Translations under genes and position numbers: made by a program | Source: Macrostomum lignano | Taxonomy: Eukaryota | Assembly (NCBI GenBank): GCA_002269645.1 | Contig: NIVC01000087.1 | Span: 62,001-126,000 of the forward strand | Length of the DNA stretch: 64,000 nt | Direction: 5' to 3' | In this document: positions 40,666 to 53,500 of the stretch, in pieces | Layout: each line of letters begins with the position of its first letter | Position numbering within the stretch: position 1 is the stretch's first letter | Notes under the pieces: generated by a model | What the model saw: the letters and a program-made list of their open reading frames with translations, nothing else | Told to the model about the DNA's origin: nothing | The model's database searches: none

Positions 40666-42367
40666 ATGGAAGCAATTTTAGCTCAAATCGACAATCCTGA
40701 AATTAGAGCACAATTAATAGCTCAATTGGAATTAGAAAGAGCTAATATAGAAGCTAGAGTTAGGGCAGAAAATGAGATACGTTTAGAAAGACAATTAAAT
40801 GATATTGATAACCCCCAACCACAAGGACAAAATGGAGCTAAAGTAATAGATATAGATATAGATATAAATACAAATTATAAAGAATATTTTAAACAAATTA
40901 AAGATAAATTAAAGACCATATTAAACAATTATACTATAAGGCCAAATAACAAACGACAGCCAATTAAGTATAAAATAGAAGTTGAAACAGAATTTAAAAA
41001 ACCAAATATTCTTAATGCAAATTCAGAAATTGAAGTAATAAATAACTTTTCACAAGAATCATATAAAACATTATTATCAATGGGAAATTACAACAATCAA
41101 TTCGATCAAATAGAAGCTGAGTTTGATGAATGGATAGATAAGATGACAGAAAACGGATCTGGGTTTATATTTGTATCCTGTAATTCAGCAACAGTAAAGA
41201 TTGTTCCTATTGAAATTCTTAAAGGACGATCACACATGAATCCCAGATTTAAATCACATATGATTATAAATCCAGACAATAGAGATAATAAATGTTTATT
41301 ATGGTGTTTATTAATTCATAAATACCACAAACAAGTAGAATCCCACACTAATAAAATATATAATTATAGACAATATGAGGATGAAATAATAATGAAAAAC
41401 ATATCATACCCAGTAGCAATAGATGATATATATAAGATTGAAAAAATGAATGGTTTAAATATTAATGTGTTTACAATTGAACAGCCAGAAGAAGAAAAGC
41501 CAACCGATCCAGAATGGTATAAGAAAAGGTGTTATCTTGTTAAGCCAGCAACTGATATAACCGCACCAGATCAAATCGACCTTTTGTACATACAGCGCGA
41601 AAATGAAACACATTATATATACATAAAGGACATTAGTTCCTTTTTAAGAGAAAATAGAAATAGAATGCCATTATGTAGAAACTGTTTCACATTTAAATGG
41701 GATGAAACAGCTCTTAGAAACCACCAACGATTTTGTTTAGATCACAAATTTACTAATGCTGTAATGCCAGCATCTGAAGATGCAACCCTAAAGTTCCAAC
41801 AACATTATATGGCAATTAAAAAACCAATAGTAATATATGCAGATTTTGAAGCAACAAATGTTCCCTTAAAAGAACCACAGACAGTATCTGATGGTGAATG
41901 CACAAAAAAATTGGCACAACAGCTTCCGAATAGTTATTGTATATATGTACACTCCGTAGCTGATCATATATTTAAATCAAGGATGATTACTTACCACGGT
42001 AAGGATGCAGCTAAGCACATGGCAGAATCATTAGTAAATGTATTTGAATATATTCAAAATCAATATGATAAATTATCAAAAAATATTATTATGACAGATA
42101 AGGATAGAGACAATTATAAAAATGCAACAAATTGTTATATGTGCAAAAGATATTTAAGTGGGAAAAATAAGATACGAGAACATTGTCATCTAACGGGAAT
42201 TTATCGAGGGGCAGCATGTAGATCATGTAACGCAAAAGAAGGAAAGGGATGTAAGGAAATACCAGTATTTTTTCATAATGGTTCCGGATATGATTTTCAT
42301 TTCTTAGTTCGAGAATTGCTTCATTTAGGTAGGGATGAATATGAATTAAATATATTACCTAAAACAT
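40666..42367 (+). CDS. polB: Protein-primed DNA polymerase B, N-terminal part (terminal-protein region, ExoI, EndoVII-like Zn motif, ExoII), truncated
   Basis: DNKCLLWCLL, GLNINVF, IDLLYI, VIYADFE, CYMC..HCHLTGIYRGAACRSCN, FHNGSGYDFHF; breaks after ILPKT. Confidence 0.9.
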
Positions 42368-43445
42368 GTGCTGCTTGTGCTGCTATGGCACCGGATTGAA
42401 GCCAATATAAATCCCCATTTGTTCTTTTACTCCTTCTGTTTGTTATTTTAAACCAAACAAAAATATATCTCACCCGACGTTTTGATGTAATTATCTGCCA
42501 CTGGAATGAATCCTGGTTATTATTAATGGTTCGCATAAAATGTCGACGATTCAAATAAAATATTTCCTGATCATGCGTTAACTGATTATCAATGTGTTTT
42601 AAAAGTGGGGCTGTTACCTCAATAGTTGGTACGACTAATTGAATTGAATCTATACGAACTGCTATATCGGTTGAAATTGAGGTTCCATAAAGTATCCTAG
42701 GCTGATATCCACCAGATATTTGCAATTGTATCCCAAATTTTAATCCTTTCCATACCCGATTTGGTGAGAAGAACCCAAATAGCGGAAAGATTGAAAAGTC
42801 TTGCTCATATGCTGTTGCTGTGGTTAAAACCGCGACTGGGAATTTATTCTGACGATCTATAAAACCTGTATTAATCTCTTTTGTATTAGTCATAGTGGTT
42901 ACAACTGGAACTATATTGGTATTAAGATAAGCTATAAGAGCTGCGGTATCTGCACCAGCTGCGTTTTGTACATTAGGGAAAACTACTGCTTGACCATTAC
43001 CCTTATCAGGCATCCACCCAACATTATCACCAACTTGTTTTGATAAATAAGTATAATTTAAATGTTTCAAAACTCCATTAATCTCTGCGGGGTTTGATGC
43101 TGTCTCAACCTCGGCTCCATTAACTGACAGTTGGGCTTGGGAAAAACATTTATAAAACCAATCATTTTCTATTATAATACCAGAACGATCTGCGATATCG
43201 CCGGCTGCAAGAGCAGTTCCATCATTTCTAGTATACAACCATCTAACACGGAAAAACGCATTTTTCATATCCAATATAGTGTTGGTTGCGCCGATGTCAA
43301 AAGTTACCGTTCCGGTTGTAAAGTTATTTGAATTATCACTTGTTGGTAGGGTAAAATTTAAATCTCTTGCTCTGACTTCATTAATATACTGGCGGTGCTT
43401 TTTGAAATGAAATTTATCACTCCACATAGTTTTTGTTTCAGCCAT
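42368..43445 (-). CDS. Polinton major capsid protein (double jelly-roll, PY/hexon-like), C-terminally truncated
   Basis: NDWFYKCFSQAQLSVNGAEVE, GW, PLFGFF, LQI, WQIITSKRRVRYIFVWF follow the Polinton MCP motif order; recognised from memory, not an HMM result. Confidence 0.7.
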
Positions 43446-43478
43446 TTTTTAAGTTAAAAAAGTTTTTTATGTTAAAAA

Positions 43479-44150
43479 ATGAGTCAATTTATGGACGTTG
43501 ATGGAGAGTTAGCGATTTATAAAGAAAAGCAAAGATATTCTGATTTTGTTAGAAATTTGCAAAAAAGAAAGTTAGGAATACAATTAGCTGGTGAAAGATT
43601 TGCTGCTCCTTTTGTTAATCCTATTACGGGGAAAATTAGTGAACTAGAAAAAACAGATAAAGACCTTCTGGAAAAAATTGCTAAGAATACAGAGCCAAAA
43701 GAGGATGAAATTTTGGATGAGCCGCCTACTTATGATGTTGCTCAAGCACTATTGAGAGTTGCAGAAATTAGGGCTGCAGAAAGGGGTGGAGTTGATGAAT
43801 ATCCGAGACCTGCACCAACTAGTATTGCTGTGACAGATTTAGATAATAATAATTATCGAATTGGTGGGGTTAATAAAAATCAGAATGAGCTATATAGAGA
43901 ATTGGGTGGAGCATATAATATTGTTATGAACCCTAGGGTAAAATTTAACCCCGATTTATACACTAGAGATGAATTAGTAAGTGCTAAAAATTTTTATGAT
44001 GAGTTAGGAGTAAGAGCTGCTAAGAATACAAGTTTATATAAAAGGATTGTTGATTCTATAAATAACAAACCGGCTGTTGGAGAAGGATTTAAAACTCCAC
44101 GAAAACTTGTTTTAGCTGCTGCGAAAGCTGCTGGACATACCGGTGTTTAA
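43479..44150 (+). CDS. Polinton uncharacterised protein (223 aa)
   Basis: Clean ORF; FAAPFVNPITGKISEL resembles the FKPITEPL-type N-terminus of conserved Polinton accessory proteins. Confidence 0.55.
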   Translation: MSQFMDVDGELAIYKEKQRYSDFVRNLQKRKLGIQLAGERFAAPFVNPITGKISELEKTDKDLLEKIAKNTEPKEDEILDEPPTYDVAQALLRVAEIRAAERGGVDEYPRPAPTSIAVTDLDNNNYRIGGVNKNQNELYRELGGAYNIVMNPRVKFNPDLYTRDELVSAKNFYDELGVRAAKNTSLYKRIVDSINNKPAVGEGFKTPRKLVLAAAKAAGHTGV

Positions 44151-44173
44151 TTGTTAAATTTATTTTTTATAAA

Positions 44174-44869
44174 ATGGAAACTAAAAAGATTTGTACTAAG
44201 TGTAAAGATGAGAAATTTTTGTTTGAGTTTAGATTTCGTAGAGATCAAAATAGATATTATAGTATTTGCAAACCTTGTGAGAGAAAGTATGATAAAGAAT
44301 GGTATGAGAAAAATCGTGAATATAAGCTTCAATGGAAAAAAGAATACGATAAAAATAATATAGAAAGCCGCAGAAAATATGAAAATGAAAGAAGATTAAC
44401 TGATGAAAATTTTAGAAATAAAAAAAACACCAGATGTAGAATAAATTCTCTTCTAAAATCTAATAATACTCGAAAAAATAATCATACTATTGATTACCTT
44501 GGTTGCTCAATTGAATTCTTTACTGATTGGTTAAATTTCACAAAACATTATTACGTCCCAAAAGACTATTGTGGTGCTTTACATATTGATCATTTTATTC
44601 CTGCTTCTTCATATGATTATCGCGATGATGAACAAATTAAAAAGTCTGAAAATTGGAGAAATAAAAGATACTTAGTTGCTGTAGATAATATTTCAAAAAA
44701 TGATAAACAACCAACCATTGATGAATTTGCAAAACAATTGGTGCTATCGTGTATTTTTAAGGCTATTAAAAATATTAAAAAAAAAAATAATATAAAAACA
44801 TTACTACTATTAATGGTATCAATAAGTTTCTGTTTGAATTGTGCGTCCTGTGTTATTTGCTGTCTTTGA
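44174..44869 (+). CDS. HNH endonuclease-like protein with an N-terminal CxxC...CxxC motif; C-terminus runs into the inverted arm
   Basis: CTKC..CKPC; HIDHFIP; NWRN..LVAVDNISKNDK, similar to phage/NCLDV HNH proteins. Confidence 0.72.
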   Translation: METKKICTKCKDEKFLFEFRFRRDQNRYYSICKPCERKYDKEWYEKNREYKLQWKKEYDKNNIESRRKYENERRLTDENFRNKKNTRCRINSLLKSNNTRKNNHTIDYLGCSIEFFTDWLNFTKHYYVPKDYCGALHIDHFIPASSYDYRDDEQIKKSENWRNKRYLVAVDNISKNDKQPTIDEFAKQLVLSCIFKAIKNIKKKNNIKTLLLLMVSISFCLNCASCVICCL

Positions 44870-45399
44870 AATTCTGCATCTCGTTTAGCTTTTTCATCCG
44901 CAGCTTTTTTATCATTTACTGCTTTTGTGATTCCAGCTGCGCCCCCTGCTATTCCACCAGCTGCTCCTATTCCTGCAAAAATTATTGGTAATAAAGTTGC
45001 TAATGGCAATATTCCTCCTTGTTTTGCTTTTAATTCTGCTAACTGTTTTCGGTTATCATGAATTCTTTTACCTGCTAAACCGGCTGCTCCGGCTGCTCCG
45101 AGGCCTAAAAGAATTGGTAAAATAGGTAACAACCCACCGTCTTTTTTAGTGTGAGTCTCCAATAAAAATTTTACATCAGAGTCTGTCAACCTATAATTTC
45201 TACCATGATACTTAAAGGATATTGGCCTTCCTTCTTGTGCATATTTTGCAGCAAGTTTAAATGTATCGATATCGTAGTCAAGTTTTTTACCTAAACGATC
45301 CAATCTTTTTAACATTGTGTGGCTATGTTTATTATCATCTAGATCTAAAGTATCTACAATTTCTCCTATAAAATATAAGCGGTCGTTATCTGTGTCCAT
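44803..45399 (-). pseudogene. Truncated duplicate of the pX-like ORF
   Basis: Identical to 39607.. up to DTINSS, then reads into HNH antisense. Confidence 0.85.
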
Positions 45400-45409
45400 T
45401 TTTATATTG

Positions 45410-45820
45410 TTAAAATTTCTTTAATCCTTTTCCGCCTTTAATTGTGGTTAACATTTTATTAAAATCCTGAATATCTTTATTACTTATTGGCGCGCTTTTC
45501 GTGGGGGTTTCTGTTGGTTGTGCGGCTTGAGTTGTTTCCTGCGCTAGTTTCAAATCTTTTATTGCTTTTATTTGTGAGAGGGTGTCGTTAAATTCTCTCA
45601 ATTTCTTTAGTTCTTCTACTGCCCTCGCTGCTTCGATTCCGCCCTTTACAGCGTTTGTTATAGAACCTGCTGCAGAGCCTGCTTGGCCTATAAGACCCAT
45701 ATTGTCTTTAACGAAATTCGCTGTTGTACCAACCACATCAAAAAGACCCTCACCTCGGTATTCAACTGGGTCTCCCACCTGCAATTCGTTCAGATTTTGC
45801 ATATGTGTAACGTGTGTCAT
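45410..45820 (-). CDS. Duplicate of the 136-aa Polinton ORF
   Basis: One amino-acid difference from 39186-39596. Confidence 0.6.
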   Translation of the reverse strand: MTHVTHMQNLNELQVGDPVEYRGEGLFDVVGTTANFVKDNMGLIGQAGSAAGSITNAVKGGIEAARAVEELKKLREFNDTLSQIKAIKDLKLAQETTQAAQPTETPTKSAPISNKDIQDFNKMLTTIKGGKGLKKF

Positions 45821-46763
45821 TTTTTGTTCTATTTTTAGTAACAGAAAAAGACCCTTCGCGCCTGCGGCGCGTGCGAGGGGTTATAGAGAATTGGAAGTGT
45901 TAGAAGTGTTGGGGGGTGTTGGATGTGTAGTAGTAGGTAAAACGACGCCTACAGATCAGACCTTTTTTAATGGCCGTTTATAAGGTTCCAGAGGGGGGAC
46001 ACGAGGGGGGCTGATAAGATGGGTTGGGGATGGGTTATATTGCTTTTTTGGTAATGTGGGTGATTATGGGTGTTTATGGGTGATTAAGGGTGATTAGATG
46101 TGTTAAGGGTGTTTAGATGTGTTTTTTTATTTACCCCCGTGTCCCCCCTCTAGACCCTTAAAACGGCTGTTAAAAAAGTGCTCTGGGTCTGTAGGCGTCG
46201 TTTTACCTACTACTGGCGACCCCCCAGTCCTTGGACTGAACAGCCGTGCGCAGCCTTCAGATGCGCCGCGCAATAGCTGCGGCTACAAGTGTAATAAATA
46301 AACAGAAGGAAAACTTTTGTGACCCTTTTACACACTGATATATACATTCTTTGCCGCAATTCCAGATGATGAAGGACTCTGATAGATGCTAAAATCCTAC
46401 AGAGACAGTCTCTAGGGCAGCGTAACAAATTCAGCATGATAGTTACACTGCAGTTGTTTAATAATTCGTCAATCGCATTCTAAAATCTATGACAAGTTTT
46501 GCAACTCTGGGTGCAGATGTGTTCTTCGATTTTCTATGTTGCGGATTATTCATTCGTATCATGCAGTTTGCTGATGCGGTTTGCAGATAAGTTAAGTCAT
46601 ATCAATTGAACCATCAAGAACGCATGGCAACTGCTTTAATCCAGAGCCTAAGCAAGAGATCAATAACTGATATTTAGCATAAATTAAACTGATGCATCGT
46701 TCAAACCCCTCAGAGGAAAATCTCAGCCTTAGACTTGTCCAGCATACACGCGAGCCGCACAGA

Positions 46764-48286
46764 ATGCTACCGAAGGCGGCACTGGCGCTGCTGATCTGTT
46801 CCGCCGCCCTGGTGGTGGCAGAAACTGCAACGTCGTGCAGCCACCTGGACGACGATAGCCTGACCAATCCGCGCACAGTGATGGCCCACGGCTGCCAGCT
46901 GACTCTGTGGCAGGCCGCCTCGGACAGCAGCCGCCTGTGGGCTGAGCCGGCCTTCTGCGTGCCTGCAGCAGTTCAACCGTCTCGCAGCGACTTCTACAGC
47001 GACGCGGCTTCTGTCGACGTATTGGAGGACCCGGTTGGCGGCTACTCGTACGTGAATGTGCCGGTGATGCTGGCCAATCGGACTCTGCTAGATGAGGCAG
47101 TCCGTCAGCTGACTGCCCGCAGCGGCAGCGGGCCTGTGGTGTCCGCCGACTATCTGGAACTGGCCGGCGGTGTGGCCGTCAGCTCGCATCAGCCGGCGCA
47201 GTTTGTGGCGCGCGATTTCGTATGGAGCCAGTCGGATCAGACCGTCGGCCTGTTGAAGCTCAGCTGCGATGGCATCGGCTGCTCCTTGCTGGTGTGCGTT
47301 TTCATCGGCTCTTAGAGTTACAATGTGGGTGCGGTCAAGGACAACTAAATTAGAACGACACTGGACTGGAGGCCAGTTTTCACTGCACACTTCATTAGCT
47401 AGATAGAAGACGGGAATTAATTGAATGGGGCGCATTCCCCCATTGAGCCTTAGCTTCTCAGCATTCCCCCTTGAGCCTTGGCTTCTCAGCATTCCCCCTT
47501 GAGCCTTGGCTTCTCAGCATTTCCCTTTGAGCCTTGGCTTCTCAGCATTCCCCCTTGAGCCCTGGCTTCTGCGAGTGAATTGCAAGCAGTTAGTAAGGCT
47601 GTGCGGGAACTACATGTAAGTGTATATCCTTCAGCCTGCTGAACTTTCGATTTCAGCCAGATAATCCGAGCTGCAGGCGACTCAAAAGCTGCGGAGGCTC
47701 TGGAGCCGGTGTCTGTCGAAGCCGAGCTGCTGCACCCCTGCTCTCGCCGCCTACTGAAGTCCGACGCCATCAGTCAAGGTCAAGGCAGGCCAATCGCGCT
47801 GCAGCACAGCTCCTATCGACCTGTCCGAGGCCTCCCGCTGTCCGCTGGCCAGCTGGCACCGTGCCTGAATGTCACCGCGCTGCCGACATTCGAAACTCCA
47901 ATTGGCGGCGGCAACTGCAGCCTCCGGCTACACCAGTCGGAAGTCAATGGCACCAACGCATTCTACCTGGAGCCGCTGCTCTGCTACCTGGGTGAGGCCC
48001 TCATCCGGCGTGACTTCAACCGGCAGCTGAACTACCTGCAGCTGCAGGTGCAACTGCACAGCGATGAGGCACTCTCGGCTGCGATAGCCTGGCTGACTAA
48101 GAACGGCATGTCGGATGGCGAGCCGGCTGTGGCCTTCATGCGGCTGCTGGATCCGCGACTGTCAGTGCGGCAGTGGCCGAGTGACTCGGACAGTTTTGGA
48201 CGGCCGCAGGTGCTAATTGCTGCCGACGAATCAGCCCTGCTGCTCAGGATAGCCTGCGGCAGCTACCGCAACTGCTCCCGGCTGCG
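46764..48286 (+). pseudogene. Duplicated 5' half (exons 1-2) of the host FReD gene, lacking the FReD domain
   Basis: Mirror of 38243-36721; the downstream (TAC)n intron is cut at ~49000 and has no acceptor. Confidence 0.85.
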
Positions 48287-48290
48287 GTGA

Positions 48291-48997
<707 letters not shown>

Positions 48998-49000
<3 letters not shown>

Positions 49001-49179
49001 GGAATGGTAGTTTTAGATTATGCAAAGCTAGTAATGTATGAATACTATTATGATGTTATAAATAAAACCTGGCCAGATAACTATCCAATATATGCAGACA
49101 CCGATAGTTTGGTATTTAAGGTTGAAACAGATGATCGGACGGAGTCCGCGACCCTGCGGGGCGATCGGGCAAAGCCCGC
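48998..49179 (+). pseudogene. polB: pPolB fragment with catalytic motif C (YADTDS)
   Basis: TGMVVLDYAKLVMYEYYY...YADTDSLVFKVETD. Confidence 0.9.
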
Positions 49180-49703
49180 TGTGACGATATCTGGTCCGAG
49201 TTCGCGTGCTGACGGGCTGCTATTAAAGTAGTGAGTAAACACACAGTTAGTGGTGACGATAACTGACGGCGCCGATAATTCGATTACGGATTATGTATAT
49301 TTGCAGGTTACACATGTAGTGGTTATTGCTGATGCTAACTGGTAACGAACAATTGCAGTGTCAATGGAATGGCTTCGAAGATGACCTTAGTGGGTAACAC
49401 TACTAAATTGAGAGCGATCTTGAACTACTGTTTTTTTTAGTGTTTACTAAAATCAATCAGCGTTTACTAAAATCAAATTACTGGCGATAGGAACAGCAGC
49501 CGCACACCACGCTCAGTCTTCTCCGAAGCCACAGAATTCAAAATGTTAAATATAACTATTTAATGCAGTAAAACAAAGCATTGCTTACTATTTTCAATAA
49601 ACATAAAAGTGAAACCAATTGATATAAATAAAGTACATATTAAATACTTTTTAGTAGATATTAATCGACGAACTGGGAGAATAAAAGAACCACCAACGTC
49701 ACA
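49180..49703 (-). repeat. 3' LTR of Gypsy copy 1
   Basis: TGTGAC...GTCACA. Confidence 0.95.
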
Positions 49704-49717
49704 CTCGCCTCTCTCCC
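49704..49717 (-). promoter_or_regulatory. Polypurine tract (GGGAGAGAGGCGAG)
   Basis: Immediately upstream of the 3' LTR on the minus strand. Confidence 0.85.
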
Positions 49718-50104
49718 AAAAAAACAAAAAACGAAGCGCTTTCTACTTCAAGTAGTGATTTCGAACATTGTTTTTCAAAATGAATTTGGTACGATTGGGC
49801 CGCGTTGCAAAAATCGAATTTTTTGAACAATTGAAGATAATTTCGCAAAGTAGAACGATGGAGTAAAATTGAACATTCCAACGAAACAGCAACAAGGATT
49901 GATTGATTTTTAAACGCATGCGCAGCTAGCATTTGGATAGAGGAGTAAAATGTAATATTCGCGCGAACAAGGAAGCCTAATAACGAATAAGTAGTAACAA
50001 CTGAATATTGATAATTATGACAAAATTTACTGACAGCATCGACGGGACCCGTGCTGCAGATGCCTCAGACTCGAACACCGCGCCAAGAACTTGCACTGCG
50101 CGGC

Positions 50105-50285
50105 CAGCAGTTGATGAAGCGGCCGGCTGCCGCCAGCAGATGATGAAGCGGCCGACTGCCGCCAGCAGATGATGAAGCGGCCGGATGCCGCCAGCAGATG
50201 ATGAAGCGGCCGACTGCCGCCAGCAGTTGATGAAGCGGCCGACTGCCGCCAGCAGATGATGAAGCGGCCGACTGCCGCCAGCAGA
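50105..50285 (+). repeat. ~29-bp tandem repeat in the Gypsy 3' UTR (CAGCAGATGATGAAGCGGCCGACTGCCGC)x6
   Basis: Direct reading. Confidence 0.9.
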
Positions 50286-50521
50286 AACCCGCACCAGACA
50301 ACGGAACAACAGATAACCAGCCACACAGAGGAGCGCACAGCACGGCACCAGGCACCACACAACACAGCCAAACATAACCACGGCAACCCACCACAACGGC
50401 CAGCAACACAGAAAAAAACAAAGAGCAACCACACCGGGAGGGCACCGCCCCAAAGCAACAGAAGCCACCCCGGAGGAGCACATCACAGGCAGCAGACTAC
50501 ACCCCCCCGAAAGGGCAGGAA

Positions 50522-53500
50522 CTACCCCGACCCAGTGCTTCCCTTCCTGGAGCACCGATCGATAAAAGCCGCCAAGAACCTTGCCGGCCTGCGCACAACT
50601 CGACCAGACCTGGTGGTGATAGGCGGCCTCGCAGCAACGGATTGAGACGTCTGAGAACTGACGCTCTCAGTAACTGTAGTGGCAGGAGAATTGTCTGATT
50701 GTGGCTCCAGCTTGAGGTCACCAAGTTCCTCGCTTGGCAACTGATCTGACTCTGGCCGCGAGTGGCTCGAATCGGTCCTCGAGACCTGCTGCTTGACCTC
50801 CTCAGTGTCTTGACCTAGCTCTCGTCGACTTTCACCACCGACTGTCACCGCTACCGACCCTGAAACCCTACTAGCGGTCGTTCCAGACGTGGCCCCTTGA
50901 GCACTGTGGGCAGGAGGCTCTTCCGATGCCGGGTTCCGCCTGCTACTAGCAGGAATCGAACTTCCCTCCTCCGACTCCTCCCAGTCTCGATCTAGAGAAC
51001 GCCTCTGAACGCAGACTGTGGAGACGGACCTGTCAGTCGAGGGCTGCTGAGCCGGATTTGAAGATCGAGTCTCTCCCGGTGCGGATGCCTGTCCGAATTT
51101 GTCGATCAAATCGACGTACGCGGGCTTTCTCACACACCTTTTTAGCCTGTCGATGTTGTAAACATTGTGCCTTGGGTTCGGCATCCCGGTGTCTGACTCT
51201 GGGACAAGTCGGTAGTTTCTGTCAGAGATCTTTTCAATGATCTTGTACGGCCCCAACCACACCGCCGTGTCCAGACCCTTGTGGTCCGGGTTCAAGACCC
51301 ATACAAGCTCACCTTCCTTGAATACCGAATGGTGGGTGCCCCGATCGTAGTAGCGCTTCTGGCGCTGTTGGGCTTTACCGCGAATCTGTCTGGCCAAGGT
51401 CGAGACGGACACAAGCTCGTGATATAGTTTATGGGCGAACCTGTTAGGCTGAAACTGGTCCTGCGCTGGAGACCCATATATTAGGTCTAGAGGGAATACG
51501 AGCTCGCGCCCTAGGAATAGGCGCGCTGGCGTAAAGCCGGTGGACTCAGCTTCCGACGCTCTGACTGACATGCCAACGAGGCGGGCTGCCAGTGGCCAAT
51601 TGCACTCCCTGTCCTGACACACGGCGCGGATCTGGCTCTTTATTGTCTGAATCGCCCTTTCAACCTTGCCGTTGGCTTGGGGACGGCGAGCTACGATCCG
51701 AACTTTTCCGATTTCAAGGAGGCTAGTCAGCTCCTCCAATACATGATTGATGAAAGCTGTGCCATTGTCGGACACAATTGCTTCCATCGCCCCGTACCTG
51801 ACGACCCATTCGGTCAAGATTGTTTGAGCGGTGGTTTCGGCAGTTGTATCTGGTACCGGAATTATTTCGACCCAGCTGGTGAAGCGGTCAATAAGAACCA
51901 GCAGGTACCTGTTGCCATCTTGTTCTGAGAATGGGCCTGCATGGTCCACGTGCACCACTTGGCCTGGATAGCCAGCAAGGGTGGGCTGCATCGGCTCCTT
52001 ATTTTTCTTCTTGTTTTTCTTAGTTCGAGCACAAGTCTCACATTCAGAGATTATTCCTGTGACATGGGTTGTTAACGCAGTGATTTTGAAACGGTTCTTT
52101 AGTGCTTTCGTGGTTTTTGTTACCCCACTGTGATTCAGAGCTTGGTGATAATTCAAGACGACTTCATCGACGTTCGCCGTCTCGGGAACGACTAAGACAG
52201 AGCGAGAAGGCCTACCCTTTTTGGACGGTTTCTGGAGGTATAACAGGCCCTCATTTAGAGTGAGTCTCTCAAAATTTGAATACAATATTCGGACCTCACG
52301 ACTGCACGACTGAAGCTCTTCGCTACTTGGCTTTCGCTCATTCTTCACAGCTTCTACTAGCCTCATGATGTCAATTGAGGACTCCTGAGCTTGCCTAGCC
52401 CAGTTTTCTTCTTGCTGATCTGACCACTCTTCATCAGACTCGGAGTTGCTTCCAGCCTCTGATCTAATAGGGTGCCCCACTGCTCGGATTGCCGGCGTTT
52501 CAGCAGGCGTTGGCAGTTCAGTTTCCGTTTGCTTTTGATCAGTATTCCCAGAGAGCGCTTCCAGCTGCTGTGGGGTCTGAGCCTCAGCCTCCTTGTGGTC
52601 GGGCGTCAAATCGCAGTTCTCATTGCTCTCCGTCTGGATAGCAACAGTGCGTGTCTGAATCTTTTTCCCTCTGGCCGCCCGTACGACTACAGACGCACTT
52701 TTGGCGTTTCCAATGAATTTTTCCTTAAACTCCGGTATGTGGCTGCATGTTGGGCAGTCGTAATGATCCGCCCGGAACTTTGGGTTCCGGCTTAGAAAAT
52801 CGGCATTTGAATGTTCTTGTCCAGCCCTGTGTTTGACCTCAAAGTCGTATTCCCCCAGGCGCTCAAGAGGTGTTTGATCGATTTTGAAATCATAGGCTTC
52901 GATCGTGGCCAACCATTGGGCCAGCATGCCTGTGGCATGTCTCTTGGCGTGCAACCACTTCAACGCTGCCGCGTCAGTGCGCACGATGAAGGGATGATCA
53001 AGCAAATAGACTCTGAAGTTCTCGAGCATGATCACCACGCCCAAGAGCTCTCTCATCGTGGCACAATAATTTCGCTGCGCGGCGGTAAATTTTTTTGAAG
53101 CGTAGCTGATCACATTTTCCTGACCATCAGCACCTTGTTGCGACAAGACAGCGCCAACCCCCTCGAGGGAGCTGTCGCAGTCCAAGATAAATGACCCGGC
53201 ATTCGGTGAAAAGTCCGGGTAGGCTAGGACCGGAGGTGAGCAGAGGCTTGACTTCAGCTCAGTGAATGCTTTTTGGTGCTTTTCTTGCCAGGCAAACTTC
53301 TCCGCCCCCCTTGCCAGGCTGTACAGCGGTGCGGCTATCACTGAGAACCTGGGAACAAATTTTCTGTAATAATTACAGAAGCCTAAGAACGACAAGAGCT
53401 GCTTCTGATTACTCGGAGTTGGCCAATCGCGAACGGCATCGGTTTTCTCTGGGTCAGCTTCTATGCCTTGTCCGGATACCACGAACCCGAGGAACCGCAC

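Noticed and set aside
45929-46214. Second (right) terminus of the Polinton
   Set aside because: It is a copy of the same host-element junction within the inverted duplication, flanked by the same host DNA rather than a TSD
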